Positions 1-10,059 of a stretch of 64,000 bases of DNA are shown here, piece after piece (the first letter of the stretch is position 1; the number at the start of each line of letters is the position of its first letter). The DNA comes from Rikenellaceae bacterium. GTDB taxonomy: Bacteria; Bacteroidota; Bacteroidia; Bacteroidales; Rikenellaceae. A program made the translations under genes and the position numbers. The DNA is taken from positions 5,503 through 69,502 of the forward strand of contig SUZD01000010.1 in the NCBI GenBank assembly GCA_015060105.1, given 5' to 3'. Under the pieces are notes generated by a model, which searched no databases, was not told the origin of the DNA, and saw only the letters and a list, made by a program, of their open reading frames with translations.

Positions 1-714
1 TCCAAAAAAGTACATCGGCGAGCGGCCAAAGCGTGTAAGGAACATAACGGTAATGAGGTCAAGGTAGCCCTTTACCATACGCTCGATACCATATTTCGAG
101 TGGCCATAGGGGCGTGCGCGATGTTCAACCACCTTCTCGCCAATCTTGCGAAATCCCGCCTGTTTGGCCAGAATGGGAATGTAGCGGTGCATCTCGCCAA
201 AGACCTCGATACTCTTAACCACGCGACGACGATAGGCCTTCAATCCGCAGTTAAAGTCGTTCAGCTTGATACCCGACACCACGCGGCAGGTCGCGTTGAA
301 AAACTTGCTCGGAAGTGTCTTGCCCAGCGGGTCGTGGCGTTTGCGTTTCCAGCCCGACACCATATCGTACCCTTCGTCGGTAATCATACGATACAGTTCG
401 GGAATCTCGTCGGGCGAATCCTGCAAGTCGGCGTCCATTGTGATAACGACATCGCCCTCGGCGGCCTCGAAACCACAATAAAGCGCAGCCGATTTGCCAT
501 AATTGCGGCTGAAACGGATAGCGCGAATTGCCGAATTGCTCTCGGCCAACTGCTCGATGACGCTCCACGACGAATCGTCGCTGCCATCGTCAATCATAAT
601 AACCTCGTAGTTGAACTCGTGCGCCTTCATCACGCGGTCAATCCACGCGGTCAGTTCGCCGAGCGACTCCTCTTCGTTGTATAACGGAACAACAACCGAT
701 ATATCTTTACTCAT
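1..714 (-). CDS. Glycosyltransferase family 2 (polyprenol-phosphate sugar transferase-like); 3' end runs off the window
   Basis: Reverse translation from the ATG at 712-714 reads MSKDISVVVPLYNEEESLGELTAWIDRVM..IMIDDGSDDSS..VVITMDADLQD (GT-A N-terminus with DxD). It is absent from the ORF track because there is no stop inside the window. The + ORF 100-684 is its shadow. Confidence 0.85.
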   Translation of the reverse strand, partial: MSKDISVVVPLYNEEESLGELTAWIDRVMKAHEFNYEVIMIDDGSDDSSWSVIEQLAESNSAIRAIRFSRNYGKSAALYCGFEAAEGDVVITMDADLQDSPDEIPELYRMITDEGYDMVSGWKRKRHDPLGKTLPSKFFNATCRVVSGIKLNDFNCGLKAYRRRVVKSIEVFGEMHRYIPILAKQAGFRKIGEKVVEHRARPYGHSKYGIERMVKGYLDLITVMFLTRFGRSPMYFFG

Positions 715-1252
715 TGAATAGTGTATTATTATCTTGTTTTTGTCGCAGGAAGATGGGGGGAACAAACAGCAACACCAAATCGAGCATACTTATCACACCC
801 GATGTGATGCAGAATAGCGGATTGTGCATGTAGCGCAGAACTGCTCCCTCCGATGTTTCGAGATAATTTTTTATCGTCGCAGGCACATCATTTGCCGAGA
901 GCATAGCCTCGATTTGCTGGCGTACAATCTCGGTGTAGTAACCCGGCACTAACCACTCGTTTGTGGCAAACTGTCCTGTTCCACGCACAATGCCGGCAAA
1001 CATCAGCGTCAGTGCCACAAAGCCCAAACTACGAGCGTAGTCGTAGGGTTTTGCCCAGCGGGTATAGACATTGTGGCGGCCGCTAATCCAAAGCACCGTA
1101 ATCATCGCCACCTCGATTAGTATCATAACGAATAATGCGCTATTAGCGCCGAGCGAAAGCAGTGGTATAAGGCTCTCCAAGCCGACAATTACAACGCCCA
1201 AAAGTGCGCCCCAATTTGCCGCTCTCGACCAAAATAACTTTCTATCGTTCAT
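707..1252 (-). CDS. Small multi-pass membrane protein (DUF4199-like)
   Basis: 181-aa ORF with several hydrophobic helices. It overlaps the upstream GT2 start by 8 nt. The family name is from memory of the usual GT2 neighbour in Bacteroidales. Confidence 0.65.
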   Translation of the reverse strand: MNDRKLFWSRAANWGALLGVVIVGLESLIPLLSLGANSALFVMILIEVAMITVLWISGRHNVYTRWAKPYDYARSLGFVALTLMFAGIVRGTGQFATNEWLVPGYYTEIVRQQIEAMLSANDVPATIKNYLETSEGAVLRYMHNPLFCITSGVISMLDLVLLFVPPIFLRQKQDNNTLFNE

Positions 1253-1275
1253 TTTCTCTCTTCGGTTTACTGTGT

Positions 1276-1878
1276 TTATAAAAGTTCGCCGGCACCCTCG
1301 CGTATGATTTCGGGCTCTCGGTCGGTCAAATCGACAATGGTTGTCGGTGTGGCACTTCCATAACCTGCGCTAACCACCACATCGACCTTGTCGGCATAGC
1401 GTTCCCAGATGAGTTCGGGGTCGGTGGTGTACTCCACAATGCTGTCGGGGTCTTTGACCGAGGCGGTGTAGAGTGGCGAGCCGACAGCCTCGATGATTGC
1501 ACGGGCTATGGGCGAGTCGGGGATACGGATACCAACGGTCTTGCGTTTGGCAAGCAGACGATTGGGGATTGCGCCCGAGGCGTTCATTATAAAGGTAAAG
1601 GGGCCGGGGGTGTTGCGTTTGAGTACCTTGAATTGTGCGTTGTCGATACGGACATACTCCGACGCTTCGCTTATCGACGAACAGATAACCGAGAGGGTTT
1701 GCTCGCCCTTGCCACACAACGTAGCAATGCGTTCGGCACCCTCCACCGAGTTCAATCGGCAACCGAAGGCATAGACACTATCCGTAGGGTAGATGATAAC
1801 GCCCCCTTTGTCGAGCGCATCAACCACCTTGCGTAGCTCTCGCTCGTTGGGATTCTTATCGTACAGACGCACCAGCAT
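1276..1878 (-). CDS. tsaC: L-threonylcarbamoyladenylate synthase (YrdC/Sua5 family)
   Basis: 200 aa with GGVIIYPTDSVYAFGC and TVGIRIP motifs typical of YrdC-fold proteins. Confidence 0.85.
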   Translation of the reverse strand: MLVRLYDKNPNERELRKVVDALDKGGVIIYPTDSVYAFGCRLNSVEGAERIATLCGKGEQTLSVICSSISEASEYVRIDNAQFKVLKRNTPGPFTFIMNASGAIPNRLLAKRKTVGIRIPDSPIARAIIEAVGSPLYTASVKDPDSIVEYTTDPELIWERYADKVDVVVSAGYGSATPTTIVDLTDREPEIIREGAGELL

Positions 1879-1881
1879 ACT

Positions 1882-2487
1882 CTATCGCAGTTTGGAGCCG
1901 ATAAGGGTCATAAACTCCTCGCGTGTGCGGTGTTGCGAGAGGAATACACCCGTGAAGGCCGAGGTTGTGGTAACCGAGTTCTGTTTCTGAATACCGCGCA
2001 TCTGCATACAGGTATGGGTGGCCTCGATAACCACCGCAACGCCCATCGGGTTGAGTACCTCTTGGATACAGTCACGTATCTGAACGGTCAGACGCTCTTG
2101 TACTTGGAAACGGCGGGCAAAGCACTCGACCACGCGAGCGATTTTGCTCAAACCTGTGATAGTGCCGTTGGGGATATAGGCAACGTGCGCCTTACCCACA
2201 AAGGGCATAAGGTGGTGTTCGCAAGTGGAGAACAGGTCAATATCTTTGACCAGCACCATGTGGCGATAGTCCTCCTTGAAGCAGGCCGACAGCAATATTT
2301 CGCGCGGGTCTTCGGCATAGCCTTTGGTAATGAATGCCATCGCTTTGGCTACTCGTTCGGGCGTTTTGACAAGTCCCTCGCGCGAGGGGTCCTCGCCGAG
2401 AAGTTTCAAAATCTCGGTGTAGTGTTCGGCCAATTTCTCGATGGTTTCGGCATCGTAGTTATCTTCTCTTTGGTAGATAGGTTTCAT
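1882..2487 (-). CDS. folE: GTP cyclohydrolase I
   Basis: 201 aa with [10 protein letters not shown] and QVQERLT motifs. There is a 3-nt gap to tsaC. Confidence 0.95.
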   Translation of the reverse strand: MKPIYQREDNYDAETIEKLAEHYTEILKLLGEDPSREGLVKTPERVAKAMAFITKGYAEDPREILLSACFKEDYRHMVLVKDIDLFSTCEHHLMPFVGKAHVAYIPNGTITGLSKIARVVECFARRFQVQERLTVQIRDCIQEVLNPMGVAVVIEATHTCMQMRGIQKQNSVTTTSAFTGVFLSQHRTREEFMTLIGSKLR

Positions 2488-2536
2488 AATACCCTATTTA
2501 GTTTCTGACAAATTTAACTCTTTTTTCAAAAAATCT

Positions 2537-3676
2537 CTATAAAATTCGGCGCGAGAGGCTTTGCGGTGTGAGTTGCATACTCTCGAAATCAACCCCCTCA
2601 ATCACAACGGCTCCCGACTGCAAACCACTGCGGAACTCGCCTAATCGTTGTTCCAAGCCCAACGCCTCGGCACCCCCCTGGGTAGCCCAGCGCAGACGAA
2701 CTTCGAGTGGCACTTGGGGCATAGCCGCCATCTCGGCAACCATCGACAGAGAGGTGTTGCTCGACAGCGAATCGGTACCGATAGCCACTTTCGATGCACA
2801 CTCCATCAGAGCCTCGACGGGTGGCGTTAGTTGCGATATAAAGTCGTTCGACAACGGACACACAACCCACGAAGGTTTGTTGTCGAAGTGGGCCTCCACT
2901 CGTTTAATGGTCGCCACATCGGCCATACAGGCGTGTACCAACAGCACCTGACGGTCCGACGGAGTAAGTGCCAATAATCGCTCTTCGGGCGAGGCGTAGT
3001 CGTCGATAAACGGTGCGCGAAAACCAGCACTCGAATACCACTCCCACATTGCACCGCGACGCTCAAAAAGTTCGACCTCCTCGGGACTCTCGTCGAAGTG
3101 TATCGACAGACGTTCACTGCCACAAGCCGCGCGATAGGCCTCGTCGCAAAGCAGATAGAGCGAGTGGGGCGTAATGGAGGCGTCAAGTCCCATCTCCAAT
3201 GCCTTGTCCAGCACCGTATCTACTGCCGAGGTGTCTTTGTGCGCAAGTCCGTAAAGTTCGACAAAACTTTTATAGTAAATGCGACTACGGCTCTTCAACT
3301 CGAAGGTCAGCGCATCGTTGCACACATCGCCCACAGCCTGCACCCCATCGCTCCACATCTTGGCGTCCCACCACTCGGCACGCGAGCGCATAAATTCGGG
3401 GGTAGCCAAATGGCGCGAAGCCCTCAATCCACGCGCAAAACCCGAAAAACCCTCGTGCGGGGTGATGCAACCCTGCACATACGACAGTTCGAGGTGCGAG
3501 TGAGCATTGACCATACCCGGTATCAGCACACCGCCATACCACTCCACACCCGCCATTCGGTCGGGAGCAGGGCACTCTTCGACGCCCAGAACGGTGCCGT
3601 TGTCGTCAAAGACAACGAGCCTATTCCGCTCCAAGCCTTGCGGTGTCAGCACCAAGTGTGAGGCTATCTTTCTCAT
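2537..3676 (-). CDS. Metal-dependent amidohydrolase/deaminase family protein
   Basis: 379 aa with PGMVNAHSHLELS (HxH metal motif) and a later GTDS motif. The substrate is not assignable. Confidence 0.75.
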   Translation of the reverse strand: MRKIASHLVLTPQGLERNRLVVFDDNGTVLGVEECPAPDRMAGVEWYGGVLIPGMVNAHSHLELSYVQGCITPHEGFSGFARGLRASRHLATPEFMRSRAEWWDAKMWSDGVQAVGDVCNDALTFELKSRSRIYYKSFVELYGLAHKDTSAVDTVLDKALEMGLDASITPHSLYLLCDEAYRAACGSERLSIHFDESPEEVELFERRGAMWEWYSSAGFRAPFIDDYASPEERLLALTPSDRQVLLVHACMADVATIKRVEAHFDNKPSWVVCPLSNDFISQLTPPVEALMECASKVAIGTDSLSSNTSLSMVAEMAAMPQVPLEVRLRWATQGGAEALGLEQRLGEFRSGLQSGAVVIEGVDFESMQLTPQSLSRRIL

Positions 3677-4592
3677 ATATCAATTTTAAACTATCAGCAC
3701 GCAACAAACTATCTGCCAATACTTTGGCTACGGAGTCGGCTCTGCGCAACGAGTCAATCATAAGGTAGTCGTAACGCCAGAAATCGCGCTCCGACAGCAG
3801 CAACTTTGTCAGCGAGTCCATCGCCTTGCGGTTACTCATATAGAACACAACCTTCAATGAGTCGATACGCATCTTGGGGTCGGTCATATTTTCGTTATAG
3901 GGGTTCAGGTCGAGCACCAATTCGCGGTAGTGCTCCTCGACTTTGAACGAGTTGTTATATTTACCGCGTTGGCTGTTGCGGCGCATACGGTGCGAACTCT
4001 CGCCACCCTGACGATTACCATAGTGGTTGATTATATAGTGGCGTGTTCGCATATTGTGGTTCTTATCAACCGAATCGACAACATATTTGTACGACACCTC
4101 AAACTCGCCCTTCTCGTCAATCGGGATACGAATAGTCAGACGCGAGGTATCGGCTTTGCGACGAACATTGATTACCGAGTCAAATCGCACGGTGCGGGCG
4201 AAAAGACGACGACCAAGCGCGTGAAGGGTGTCGCGCACAGCAATCTGTTTGGAGATGACGGTGCGTTGCTCCTCGATAAGTATAATGGCTTTATCGACCA
4301 CGTCCGAGAGTTTGGCACTCTTGCGTTTCGAGAAGTTACCGATTGTGAAGCGAACATCTTTCTCGTTGTAGCCGTATTTGGCAAAGATGGGCGTATATAT
4401 ATCGAGCGTATCCGAAGTGCCGACATAGTTCATCACAAAGGCGTTTTGCAGGTACGCCTCGCAGAAAATCTGGGCCAGCTCGTCGTCGGGGATAATCTTG
4501 GGTTGGTCGCCACAACTCGTGAGCGATAGGAGTGTGACGGCAACAACCGACAAACTCTTGGCAAGGGTGGTGTATATGTGTCGAAGTGTCAT
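3621..4592 (-). CDS. Lipoprotein, DUF4296-like N-terminus
   Basis: 323 aa with the signal LLSLTSC. The start shares one nt with the FtsX stop (TAATG). The 3' end overlaps the next gene by 56 nt. Confidence 0.6.
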   Translation of the reverse strand: MTLRHIYTTLAKSLSVVAVTLLSLTSCGDQPKIIPDDELAQIFCEAYLQNAFVMNYVGTSDTLDIYTPIFAKYGYNEKDVRFTIGNFSKRKSAKLSDVVDKAIILIEEQRTVISKQIAVRDTLHALGRRLFARTVRFDSVINVRRKADTSRLTIRIPIDEKGEFEVSYKYVVDSVDKNHNMRTRHYIINHYGNRQGGESSHRMRRNSQRGKYNNSFKVEEHYRELVLDLNPYNENMTDPKMRIDSLKVVFYMSNRKAMDSLTKLLLSERDFWRYDYLMIDSLRRADSVAKVLADSLLRADSLKLIYEKDSLTLGADTARLGAE

Positions 4593-5821
4593 TATTCGAT
4601 ACTTTCGTTTTTGATGCGTCCCGCAACGGTCAGACGCGTGGTTATATAACTTACAACTGTAAATATCACAACTATAATGGCGAGGTCCGCAAAGACAACT
4701 CGCACGGGATAGGTGTCAATGAGGAACGTCTCGGCAGGGATTCGTATCACTCCTGCGTATTGTTGAATGAGCGACAACGCGACACCCAACACAAATCCGC
4801 CAACCGCACCCAGCAGACAAATAGCCATTCCTTGACGGACAAATACGCTTCGCAACAACGCCGTATCGGCTCCCAATGCCCGAAGTGTTGCAAGACTCTC
4901 TTTCTTGTCGATAATCAGCATTGTCAGCGTGCCCACAACCGAGAACGAAGCCACAATGAGTATCATCATACCAATCAGCAGTACCGCCATCTTCTCGTAG
5001 TCCAGCACCTTGTACATCGAGGCGTTTAGTTCGGCTCGGGTTTGCACCACGCAGTCGTCGGGAAGAATCTCGGCTATCTTCTGCTTAGCCCTCTCGCTAT
5101 CCCCCTCGCTGCGTAGTCGCACCTTCAACGCCGAAGCACCATCGGGGTAGTCCAGCAGTGCACGTGCAACCTCCAACGAGGTGATGACATATTTGCCATC
5201 GGTATCGGCGTCGAGCGAGAAAACGCCCGCAGGCATTACCGCTTGGTGGTTTATACCGCTCAACGGCATAAGTTTGGAGTAACGGCCCCTCGACGGTACA
5301 TACATCGCCACCGAGTCGGTTGTCAGTTGTCGCAACCCCAGCTCATAGGCAACGCCCAATCCCGCAACACATCTGTCGCCCCACACATCACGGAGTACAA
5401 ACTCGCCACGACTCATCATATCCTCAATAGCGACCGTCTGCGTAAACAGCGAATCCACACCTCGCACCGTAGCGGTACACTTGCGCTCGCCATAGGTCAG
5501 CAGAGCCTCACCGTCCAACACATACGACGCCGACAGCACCTCGTCGAAGCTCAAAACCTTCTCGCGCAAACCCTCCGAGGCAGTGAGTACCTTACCTCGC
5601 GCGGGGGTTATTGTCAATTCGGGCTCGAAGTCGCTGTACATCGTGCGAACTATCCCATCGAAGCCATTGAACACCGACATCAGAATTACCATCGCCGCCA
5701 CAGGGACACCAACTGCAACAACGCTTATCCACGACATCACATTGATTATCGAGTGAGAGCGTGGCGAGCGCAGAAAGCGTCGGGCTATCAATTTGGCGAC
5801 GGTATGTCGGCTCCGTGTCAT
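4592..5821 (-). CDS. ABC-transporter permease, FtsX/LolE-like
   Basis: MacB-type periplasmic domain flanked by TM helices, plus a C-terminal FtsX 3-helix block. I chose the ATG at 5819-5821 (MTRSRHTVAKLIARRFL), 4 nt after the rbfA stop, rather than the track start 5881, which would overlap rbfA. Confidence 0.8.
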   Translation of the reverse strand: MTRSRHTVAKLIARRFLRSPRSHSIINVMSWISVVAVGVPVAAMVILMSVFNGFDGIVRTMYSDFEPELTITPARGKVLTASEGLREKVLSFDEVLSASYVLDGEALLTYGERKCTATVRGVDSLFTQTVAIEDMMSRGEFVLRDVWGDRCVAGLGVAYELGLRQLTTDSVAMYVPSRGRYSKLMPLSGINHQAVMPAGVFSLDADTDGKYVITSLEVARALLDYPDGASALKVRLRSEGDSERAKQKIAEILPDDCVVQTRAELNASMYKVLDYEKMAVLLIGMMILIVASFSVVGTLTMLIIDKKESLATLRALGADTALLRSVFVRQGMAICLLGAVGGFVLGVALSLIQQYAGVIRIPAETFLIDTYPVRVVFADLAIIVVIFTVVSYITTRLTVAGRIKNESIE

Positions 5822-5825
5822 TGGT

Positions 5826-6167
5826 CTATTTCTCCTCCAACAGGTTTTCGATGTTTTGTATATACTCCAACGAGTCGTCAATCATAAACTGCAATTCGGG
5901 AACGATACGCAGTTGGTTACGCACTCTTGCACCCAACACCTTGCGGATAAAGCGGGTGTTTTGTTCGAGCACCTGCATCACTGCCTCGTGTTTTTCCCAC
6001 GGGAAGACGCTCACATAGACACGCGCAATGCTCAAATCGGGGCTGATGCGGACAGCCGTAACGGTGGTCAGCGCACCACGCAGAATCTCGGCGCACTCTT
6101 TGATGAAAATCTCACCCAAGTCCTTGTGCAGTTGTTGGGCTATTTTTTGTTGTCTTAAACTCTCCAT
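5826..6167 (-). CDS. rbfA: Ribosome-binding factor A
   Basis: 113 aa with RQQKIAQQLHKDLGEIF and TVTAVRISPDLSIARVYVS motifs. Confidence 0.9.
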   Translation of the reverse strand: MESLRQQKIAQQLHKDLGEIFIKECAEILRGALTTVTAVRISPDLSIARVYVSVFPWEKHEAVMQVLEQNTRFIRKVLGARVRNQLRIVPELQFMIDDSLEYIQNIENLLEEK

Positions 6168-6174
6168 GTTATCT

Positions 6175-6963
6175 TTACATATTTATTACTTTCACATCTT
6201 GGAAGTTGTGTCGGTCGGCCTCTCGCGCCGCCTTTCGTGCGGGGTCGTTGAGGTTCAGTGGTGGTGCTTTGATACCGCCCTTGCCCAATCGGAAGTATAG
6301 CCCGACATTTATAAACAGGTTATCCAGCTCCGTTCGTACGGGGTTTGGCGAGTACTTTCCGCGCGTTGTGAGCAGGTCCGAAAAACCGTAATAGTATCGG
6401 GCGTCTATACATAGCTCCACGCGACCCATCAGGATACCGAAACCGCCACCCGCAGCCAATCCAAATCCGAAACGCCTATCGCGCAACTTGTCATAGACAT
6501 ACTCTTCGGTGCTGGTTACGCCACCTCGGTCGGTACCATACTCGACCATCGACTTGCCCACATTGCATTGCAGATTCAAACCCGCAGTCAGATAGACTCG
6601 CAACGTACGTTTGAAGAAGTAGAGGTGAGGTTGCCAATAGAAAGGCATTGTGATTGTCTGCACCGAGCGACGATAGAACAGCGTCGAGTCGGTCTTGTTA
6701 CCATAGTATCGTTTGAAACCTCGCTGTTGATACTCCATATCGACACCGATACAGCCGAAAATCTGCACCTCGTTGAACCATTTCCACGAGACACCTCCCG
6801 TCCATTTATCCCATACGGGCGAGGTCACATATTTCGGATAGGCGCGGATGTTGGCGTTACCATATCCTCCCCTGATACCCACATAGTGTTGTGCTTTGAG
6901 CGGTGTGCTGCCGAGAGCCAACACAACCACCAACAAGGCTAATATATATCGTAGTTTTTTCAT
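6175..6963 (-). CDS. Outer-membrane beta-barrel protein (PorT-like/OMP_b-brl family)
   Basis: 262 aa with a signal peptide ending LKAQ, an alternating amphipathic strand pattern and a YF-rich C-terminal strand. Confidence 0.65.
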   Translation of the reverse strand: MKKLRYILALLVVVLALGSTPLKAQHYVGIRGGYGNANIRAYPKYVTSPVWDKWTGGVSWKWFNEVQIFGCIGVDMEYQQRGFKRYYGNKTDSTLFYRRSVQTITMPFYWQPHLYFFKRTLRVYLTAGLNLQCNVGKSMVEYGTDRGGVTSTEEYVYDKLRDRRFGFGLAAGGGFGILMGRVELCIDARYYYGFSDLLTTRGKYSPNPVRTELDNLFINVGLYFRLGKGGIKAPPLNLNDPARKAAREADRHNFQDVKVINM

Positions 6964-6968
6964 CCGTT

Positions 6969-9035
6969 CTATTTTATGGCGTTTGTAACCGAGCCGATTT
7001 TCGACTTCATACCTCCGAGTGCGCCGCCGATACTCAAACCGCCGCCACTATTCTCGTCGTCTTCGCCACGACGGGCTTTCTCTTCGGCACGTTTGATGCG
7101 CTCCTCCATAAGTTTGCTTACGCGGACACGCTCGGCAGCCTCCAACTTGGCAACAACGTTTTCGATGGTTATCGGTGCAAACAGAGTGTTCATATCGGCA
7201 GTAATCGTAACCTCCCAATTCGATTTGGTTGGCACAACTTTGTCGCCCGCCTCCGAGGTGTACTTCTCGACGCGTTCGGGTTGGCGACGAGCGATGACAT
7301 CGCCCGAATCCCATTTGCCGTTGCCGTTCAAATCCTCGGTTACGCGCAGTTGCACCTCGCCCTCGGGCACATATTCAAACGTGTGAAGACCTGTACTTGC
7401 TCCCTTCTTCTCTTCGAGAATGGTGTTGCCGCTCATCAGCGCGAGGATATATTTCGCGTCGGGGGTCTTGCCCTTGACATCTACTTTGACGGTTGCATAC
7501 TCCTCTTTTTTGAGGATTTTGAATTCGGCTTGCAGCGTGTCGTTGCTTTGGTATGCTACGTTGTGGAACACGCCTGCGGGAATGGTCAGTTTGTAATCCT
7601 TGCCCGGCTCCCAATCGCCTCGGATATGCCATTTACGCATATTGACGGTATCCTGCTCGATACGCACTCCGACGGGTGTTTCGGTCTTGGTGCCCGCATC
7701 GTCGGTGACGACATTGACCAGTGTGATATTGGAACTGTCGATTCGCACAAGCGGCATTACAAACTCGATAGGAATACTCTTCTTGGGGTTTAGCTCATTG
7801 CCCGAGTGTACCTTAAATCCGAAGGGGTTTGGCTTGGGTTTGGGGATATACTCTTCGCCCGCATCTTCTGCCTCTTTGCGTGCCTTCTCCTCGGCTTCTC
7901 GCTCGCGTTTCTCCTCGCGCGTCTCGACATAACGCCACATCAGGCGCACGGTGTCGATTTCGGGTTGAAGCACATTTATCGAGTCGTGTTTCAAGTAGGT
8001 TATATAGGCATTGAGGGTGTCGCGCAACATCGTAGCGGGCATTTTAAGCCACAGAGCGATGGTATCGTGATGCTCCGACAGATACTCCCACACAACGCTG
8101 TCCTCGGGGATAGAGTCGAAACGCAGGCTTTGAATGTCGGGGTCGGGTGCGCTGAAACGCATCATAATCTTATTCTGCAAGGGTCGCTCGCAAGCGGTCA
8201 TATTCTGACGCTTGAAGGCCTTGTCCATAAACAGACGAATGAAGATTTGGGGGTCGGCTGTCGGATAGTGACGCAACGAATCGACCCAATAGGCAAAGCC
8301 CGGAAGGTTGGCGGGATTGACAACTTCGTCGTGAAAACCTACCTTATCGACGCTCGGCTCATAGGTGCCGTTTTTGTTCTTGTCCTGAATGGCATAGACC
8401 TTATAATCAATCGGTTTGAGGTTTTGCGCTACGAAGATACCGTTGCCTTGTGCTCGTGCGATTGCGTCGGGTTGCATTTTGAGCAGAATGGAGTCGTACT
8501 CGGGAATGGAGTCGTACAGAGCATCGTAGAAGAACAGCAACGAATGGCTGGCACTATCGCCACTCTGTCCATCGGCAACATATCCCGACATAATCATCGA
8601 GTCGATGGCGTCGCCCGTCGAAAACACATAACGCAGACCGTGAAGAATGTTACCCTCGTTGTTGTCCCTGACCGCACTACCAAAGTTGAATGCATAGGTT
8701 TGATTCTCTTTGAGCGAGTCGTCGGTAATGCTGATTTGGACTCCGCGACCACGAATTGTAAGGGTAGGTTTGGTTGCCATAGCGGGCGAGACGAAGAACT
8801 CGCTACCAATCTCTTTGAGTTGGACATATTCGTCGAACTCGATAAAGATTTTCTTCTCGGTGAAGTTGCGTGTTCCCTGCTCGGGTGTCATCATCACGAT
8901 ATTGGGTGGCAACGTATCTTTGGGTCCTCCGAGCGGGGTTGTTGTGTTGGCACAGCGCCACAGCAGTCCCGAACAGAAGAACGCCACGCACACCACGCGG
9001 GCTATTGATAGTAGTATGTTGTGTTTTCGCGTCAT
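6969..9035 (-). CDS. Ig-like (SbsA/Big_5-type) domain-containing envelope protein
   Basis: 688 aa. N-terminal hydrophobic anchor, then DTLPPNIV..FDEYV typical of Big_5 N-domains, with K/E-rich charged segments. Confidence 0.7.
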   Translation of the reverse strand: MTRKHNILLSIARVVCVAFFCSGLLWRCANTTTPLGGPKDTLPPNIVMMTPEQGTRNFTEKKIFIEFDEYVQLKEIGSEFFVSPAMATKPTLTIRGRGVQISITDDSLKENQTYAFNFGSAVRDNNEGNILHGLRYVFSTGDAIDSMIMSGYVADGQSGDSASHSLLFFYDALYDSIPEYDSILLKMQPDAIARAQGNGIFVAQNLKPIDYKVYAIQDKNKNGTYEPSVDKVGFHDEVVNPANLPGFAYWVDSLRHYPTADPQIFIRLFMDKAFKRQNMTACERPLQNKIMMRFSAPDPDIQSLRFDSIPEDSVVWEYLSEHHDTIALWLKMPATMLRDTLNAYITYLKHDSINVLQPEIDTVRLMWRYVETREEKREREAEEKARKEAEDAGEEYIPKPKPNPFGFKVHSGNELNPKKSIPIEFVMPLVRIDSSNITLVNVVTDDAGTKTETPVGVRIEQDTVNMRKWHIRGDWEPGKDYKLTIPAGVFHNVAYQSNDTLQAEFKILKKEEYATVKVDVKGKTPDAKYILALMSGNTILEEKKGASTGLHTFEYVPEGEVQLRVTEDLNGNGKWDSGDVIARRQPERVEKYTSEAGDKVVPTKSNWEVTITADMNTLFAPITIENVVAKLEAAERVRVSKLMEERIKRAEEKARRGEDDENSGGGLSIGGALGGMKSKIGSVTNAIK

Positions 9036-9049
9036 CGGTTAATTCTTTA

Positions 9050-9556
9050 TTAGAGTGTTGCTTGCGAGTCCTCCTCTTTTTGTGGGAACACAAACTGCCA
9101 CGACGAGGATTTGTAGTTGTTGCGGCGCCACACCTCAAACCAAATAGGAATTTGCAAATTCCAAAGGTTTTCGGTAATGGTTACCTCGCGCCACGCAAAG
9201 ATTTTGTACTCGGGAACGCAGACAACGACCACCGAGGTTGTGGCATGCAGAGGCAGTATGATGTTGCTGCCTCGTTGCATTTCGTGCACATTGCACAACA
9301 CATACTCCCCCTTCTTGTGATTCCACAGCTGACCCATAGCAATCGAATCGTACGATGCGCTGATATAGAAGTCGTCTTTGGAGCCATAGAAAGCGTATGC
9401 CGACAAATCCGACGGAGTGTTGCCCACACCGCCCTGATACATCTGCACTTTGGGTACTATGGTGTAGTCGCAATCCAACGCCACGCGCTGACAGCCTCCC
9501 AGAAGGGCGGTGCCAACGAGCGTTGCAATCACAATGAAAATTTGTTTGTTGTTCAT
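9050..9556 (-). CDS. Hypothetical lipoprotein
   Basis: 168 aa with lipobox LLGGC. Its start is coupled by a 1-nt overlap to the folK stop. Confidence 0.6.
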   Translation of the reverse strand: MNNKQIFIVIATLVGTALLGGCQRVALDCDYTIVPKVQMYQGGVGNTPSDLSAYAFYGSKDDFYISASYDSIAMGQLWNHKKGEYVLCNVHEMQRGSNIILPLHATTSVVVVCVPEYKIFAWREVTITENLWNLQIPIWFEVWRRNNYKSSSWQFVFPQKEEDSQATL

Positions 9557-10059
9557 TACTTGTCTTGCTCTTGTGCCAACAACTCCTCACGCAGTTGGCC
9601 TATTGTTTTACCCAATACGGGGTGTGTGTAGTCACGCATAATCTCGCACAACGGAGCCAACACAAAGTCGCGTTTGTGAAGCAGCGGGTGGGGGATAGTC
9701 AGTTCGGGCGACTCGACAATCACGTCGTCGTAGAACAGAATGTCGATGTCAATCTCGCGGTTGCAATAGGTGCCTCCCGAAGCAGCCTTCTCCTCGGCCT
9801 CTTTTTGACGATTGCGACCCAGCTCCAATTCGATACCCTGAACGACACTCAACAACTCGTCGGGCGACAACTCGGTGTCGATAACCAAAATTTGGTTGCT
9901 GAACGGAAGCTCCGACTCGAAGCCCCACGCCTTGCTCTCGTAGCGGTGCGAGCAGCGCATAACGATACCGGCTTTGTGGTTAATAAGTTCTTGGGCGCGA
10001 TGCATTCGCTCTTTGACGCCTGCAATGTTTCCTCCTGTAATAAGTACTGCACGTGCCAT
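9556..10059 (-). CDS. folK: 2-amino-4-hydroxy-6-hydroxymethyldihydropteridine diphosphokinase
   Basis: 167 aa with REIDIDILFYDD and LTIPHP motifs. Confidence 0.9.
   Translation of the reverse strand: MARAVLITGGNIAGVKERMHRAQELINHKAGIVMRCSHRYESKAWGFESELPFSNQILVIDTELSPDELLSVVQGIELELGRNRQKEAEEKAASGGTYCNREIDIDILFYDDVIVESPELTIPHPLLHKRDFVLAPLCEIMRDYTHPVLGKTIGQLREELLAQEQDK

Noticed and set aside
100-684. 194-aa + strand ORF at the left edge
   Set aside because: It is the shadow of the minus-strand GT2 gene (MSKDISVVVPLYNEE..DDGS..DAD), which is missing from the track only because it has no stop inside the window.
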